Shown here in pieces: positions 61,980 through 64,000 of a stretch of DNA of 64,000 nucleotides. The notes under the pieces were generated by a model that ran no database searches, was not told the DNA's origin, and worked only from the letters and a program-made list of their open reading frames with translations. The number at the start of each line of letters is the position of its first letter. Positions within the stretch are counted from its first letter, which is position 1. Source of the stretch: an uncultured Verrucomicrobiota bacterium (lineage in GTDB: Bacteria > Verrucomicrobiota > Verrucomicrobiia > Limisphaerales > JAEYXS01); assembly GCA_964589735.1 (NCBI GenBank), contig CAZPUL010000009.1, positions 22,254 to 86,253 of the forward strand, in the 5' to 3' direction. Both the position numbers and the translations under genes were made by a program.

Positions 61980-63209
61980 TTAACGGAGAAAAAGTTCCGC
62001 CGCCCAATCGGCATAGCGCAGTCCTGTGGGCGTCAGACGGAACCGGTTCTGCTCCAGTTGAGCATAACCCAATTTCACGAGCTGATCGATTTCCTTGGCC
62101 CAATCTGTCGAAAGATCGCGCTCCGTGCGTCGACGGAATTCATCCAAAGGCCAGCCTGCCGTCATGCGCAGGCCAAACGCCGCCGTCTCACCCGCTCGGC
62201 GCATCCCTTGCAACTCTTCCTTGGATTCAAAAGCACGCTGCCCCTTCTCCAGTTGATCGCAATAGAGTTGTGTATTCGCCCAGTTCTTCGTGCGGACACC
62301 TTTCACAAACCCCGTCGCACTCGGCCCCAAAGCATGATAATCGAGCCCTCGCCAGTAAGTGATGTTGTGCCGACAGGCATAGAGCGGGATCAGGAGATCC
62401 CCGGCCCCTGGCATACCGCTATCAGGCTCGGCGAGTTTGCGAATACGCTCGGGTGTTTCGCCTTTAGCCGGTTTATTGCGACCAAAATTCGCCACCTCAT
62501 ACTGCACGTAGCCTTGCTCGCCTGAGTATTGCCGCAGCTCCTCATACATGCTCGCAGCGAGTTCCTCATCCACATCGAATTCGCCCGCCTTCAACTGTTC
62601 AAAAAGCGGCGTATCCTCCTCATAGATGACCTCGTAGCACGAAAAATGTTCACTGCCCAAGGTCGTCGTCTCATGCAGGGTCTTTTGCCAGACCTCCATG
62701 GTCTGGGTGGGAATGGCGAACATCAGGTCCAAATTAATATTATCGAAGCCAGCTTGACGTAGGATGTCGTAGGACTTGAAGACCATCTCCCGGCTGTGGA
62801 CGCGCCCCAATCGTTCCAGCAACTGCTCATCCAAGGACTGCACACCCATGGAGATGCGGTTCACGCCGTAATCCCGCAGCAGCTTGGCCTTGTCGAGCGA
62901 GACCGTGGCAGGATTGCACTCTACCGTCCACTCTGCCGCGCCAAGGAGGTTAAGCCGTTCGAAGGTTTTGAGGACCTGTTCCCACTGCTTGAGATTCAGG
63001 AGGGAAGGCGTACCGCCACCAAAGAAGACTGTTTGCGGACGTAGCTCTGCGGCAACGAGTTCCAACTCTTTAACCAGAGCCGAAACGTAACGGTTGATGA
63101 GCTCGCCTTGGGCGGATTCGGAAAAAAACGCACAGTACTCGCACTTATGTGCACAGAAAGGCACATGTACGTAGAGACTGCGGACAAACTGGCTCGCCAA
63201 CGGCGTCAT
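61980..63209 (-). CDS. hemW: Radical SAM heme chaperone HemW / oxygen-independent coproporphyrinogen oxidase-like protein
   Basis: LYVHVPFCAHKCEYCAF (CxxxCxxC), FFGGGTPS, and a HemN_C-like C-terminus. Confidence 0.85.
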   Translation of the reverse strand: MTPLASQFVRSLYVHVPFCAHKCEYCAFFSESAQGELINRYVSALVKELELVAAELRPQTVFFGGGTPSLLNLKQWEQVLKTFERLNLLGAAEWTVECNPATVSLDKAKLLRDYGVNRISMGVQSLDEQLLERLGRVHSREMVFKSYDILRQAGFDNINLDLMFAIPTQTMEVWQKTLHETTTLGSEHFSCYEVIYEEDTPLFEQLKAGEFDVDEELAASMYEELRQYSGEQGYVQYEVANFGRNKPAKGETPERIRKLAEPDSGMPGAGDLLIPLYACRHNITYWRGLDYHALGPSATGFVKGVRTKNWANTQLYCDQLEKGQRAFESKEELQGMRRAGETAAFGLRMTAGWPLDEFRRRTERDLSTDWAKEIDQLVKLGYAQLEQNRFRLTPTGLRYADWAAELFLR

Positions 63210-63287
63210 ACCGCGACGATACCGAGTTTGGCCGGGATGCCAAAGAAAAACACCCCGGCTACAGGCGGTTCGACCTCGAGGCGAGGC

Positions 63288-63494
63288 TTACGCCTGGGCG
63301 CGCTGGACGTTCTGGGCTTTCAGGCCCTTCACGCCTTGCACCACTTCGTAATCCACCTGCTCACCCTCATTCAAGGTCTTGTAACCCTGCCCCGTGATGG
63401 AGGTGTGGTGCACGAAGATGTCTTCACCCGTATCCTGCGCGATGAAGCCATAGCCCTTCTTATTGTCGAACCACTTTACTTTGCCACTTGCCAT
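63288..63494 (-). CDS. cspA: Cold-shock protein (CspA family)
   Basis: MASGKVKWFDNKKGYGFIAQDTGEDIFVHHTSI, containing the RNP1/RNP2 motifs; 68 aa. Confidence 0.95.
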   Translation of the reverse strand: MASGKVKWFDNKKGYGFIAQDTGEDIFVHHTSITGQGYKTLNEGEQVDYEVVQGVKGLKAQNVQRAQA

Positions 63495-63530
63495 ACATCG
63501 TCTCCTGCTTTGGTCCGCCCAGCGCCCACC

Positions 63531-63571
63531 GGAAAAAGCAAAAGCGCAAGCATATCCTCTTGCTTGCGCTT
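63531..63571 (-). terminator. Strong terminator hairpin about 38 nt upstream of the cspA start codon
   Basis: Perfect 11-bp stem AAGCGCAAGCA/TGCTTGCGCTT (63542-63552 / 63561-63571), 8-nt loop, followed on the minus strand by UUGCUUUUUCC. Confidence 0.7.
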
Positions 63572-63698
63572 ACATGCTGATCCAGCAGACATAAAAACTA
63601 ATGGCGAACTGAAACGATTTAGCTCCTGTGTCCAAAAATCGTCAAGTTGAGACCCGTTAATAGGCAGAAATGGCTACCCCTGCCTAAAAGCCCTAAAA

Positions 63699-64000
63699 TC
63701 AGAGCTTCAGGTGGTCCCAAATATCTGCCACCGCCAACCGCAAATTGATGTAAAATGGCCCAAATTCACCATACCGGGCGCTCACTTCATCAAACCGCAT
63801 CTCATAAACGATGTCCCGTAAGGCATCCATTTGATGAGCCACCAGGGTAACACCCCATTCCCAGTCATCCAACCCCGTGGAAGAGGTGATCAACTGGCTG
63901 ATCCGCCCTCCGAACTTGCGCCCCACGCGGGCGTGACCGCCCATCAACTTCTTCCGGGCGTCCATGTCCAGGCTGTACCAGTTGTCATTGCCTCGACGCC
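63699..64000 (-). CDS. Chlorite dismutase family protein (HemQ/coproheme decarboxylase-like), C-terminal part (5' end outside window)
   Basis: ...LVAHQMDALRDIVYEMRFDEVSARYGEFGPFYINLRL matches the conserved Cld-family C-terminal motif. The frame stays open to the window edge. Confidence 0.75.
   Translation of the reverse strand, partial: RRGNDNWYSLDMDARKKLMGGHARVGRKFGGRISQLITSSTGLDDWEWGVTLVAHQMDALRDIVYEMRFDEVSARYGEFGPFYINLRLAVADIWDHLKL

Overview
Densely coding chromosomal segment, moderately GC-rich (GC not computed). Gene content suggests the PVC superphylum (Verrucomicrobiota or Planctomycetota): a PSCyt/DUF1549/DUF1553 + DUF1501 pair, an H-X9-DG prepilin-like protein, several Tat-signal enzymes, and little Shine-Dalgarno signal. 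Most genes are housekeeping: metH, secA, system II cytochrome c biogenesis (resB/ccsA), rho, purD, a purS-purQ-purL-purF-purM operon, cspA, hemW, and a chlorite-dismutase-family (HemQ-like) fragment at the right edge. I recognised no rRNA, tRNA, CRISPR array, transposase, integrase or obvious defence genes. Main follow-ups, in rough order: (1) a hybrid histidine kinase (6006-8063) whose N-terminal membrane domain aligns with the plant ETR1 ethylene-binding domain, including the Cu-ligand Cys/His pair; (2) an eight-gene, translationally coupled lipid-modification operon (32146-39315) whose parts match the bacterial furan/methylated fatty acid pathway; (3) one 730-aa ORF fusing LMW phosphatase + RpiB + serine hydroxymethyltransferase; (4) a His-rich protein / outer-membrane barrel / orphan ZnuA-like cluster; (5) a duplicated-domain, His-rich lipoprotein leading the resB-ccsA operon; (6) non-coding signals: a GT-rich element present twice, three perfect 10-bp iterons, terminator hairpins directly in front of rho and cspA, and an orphan terminator. 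All family assignments come from motif recognition by eye; no searches were run.
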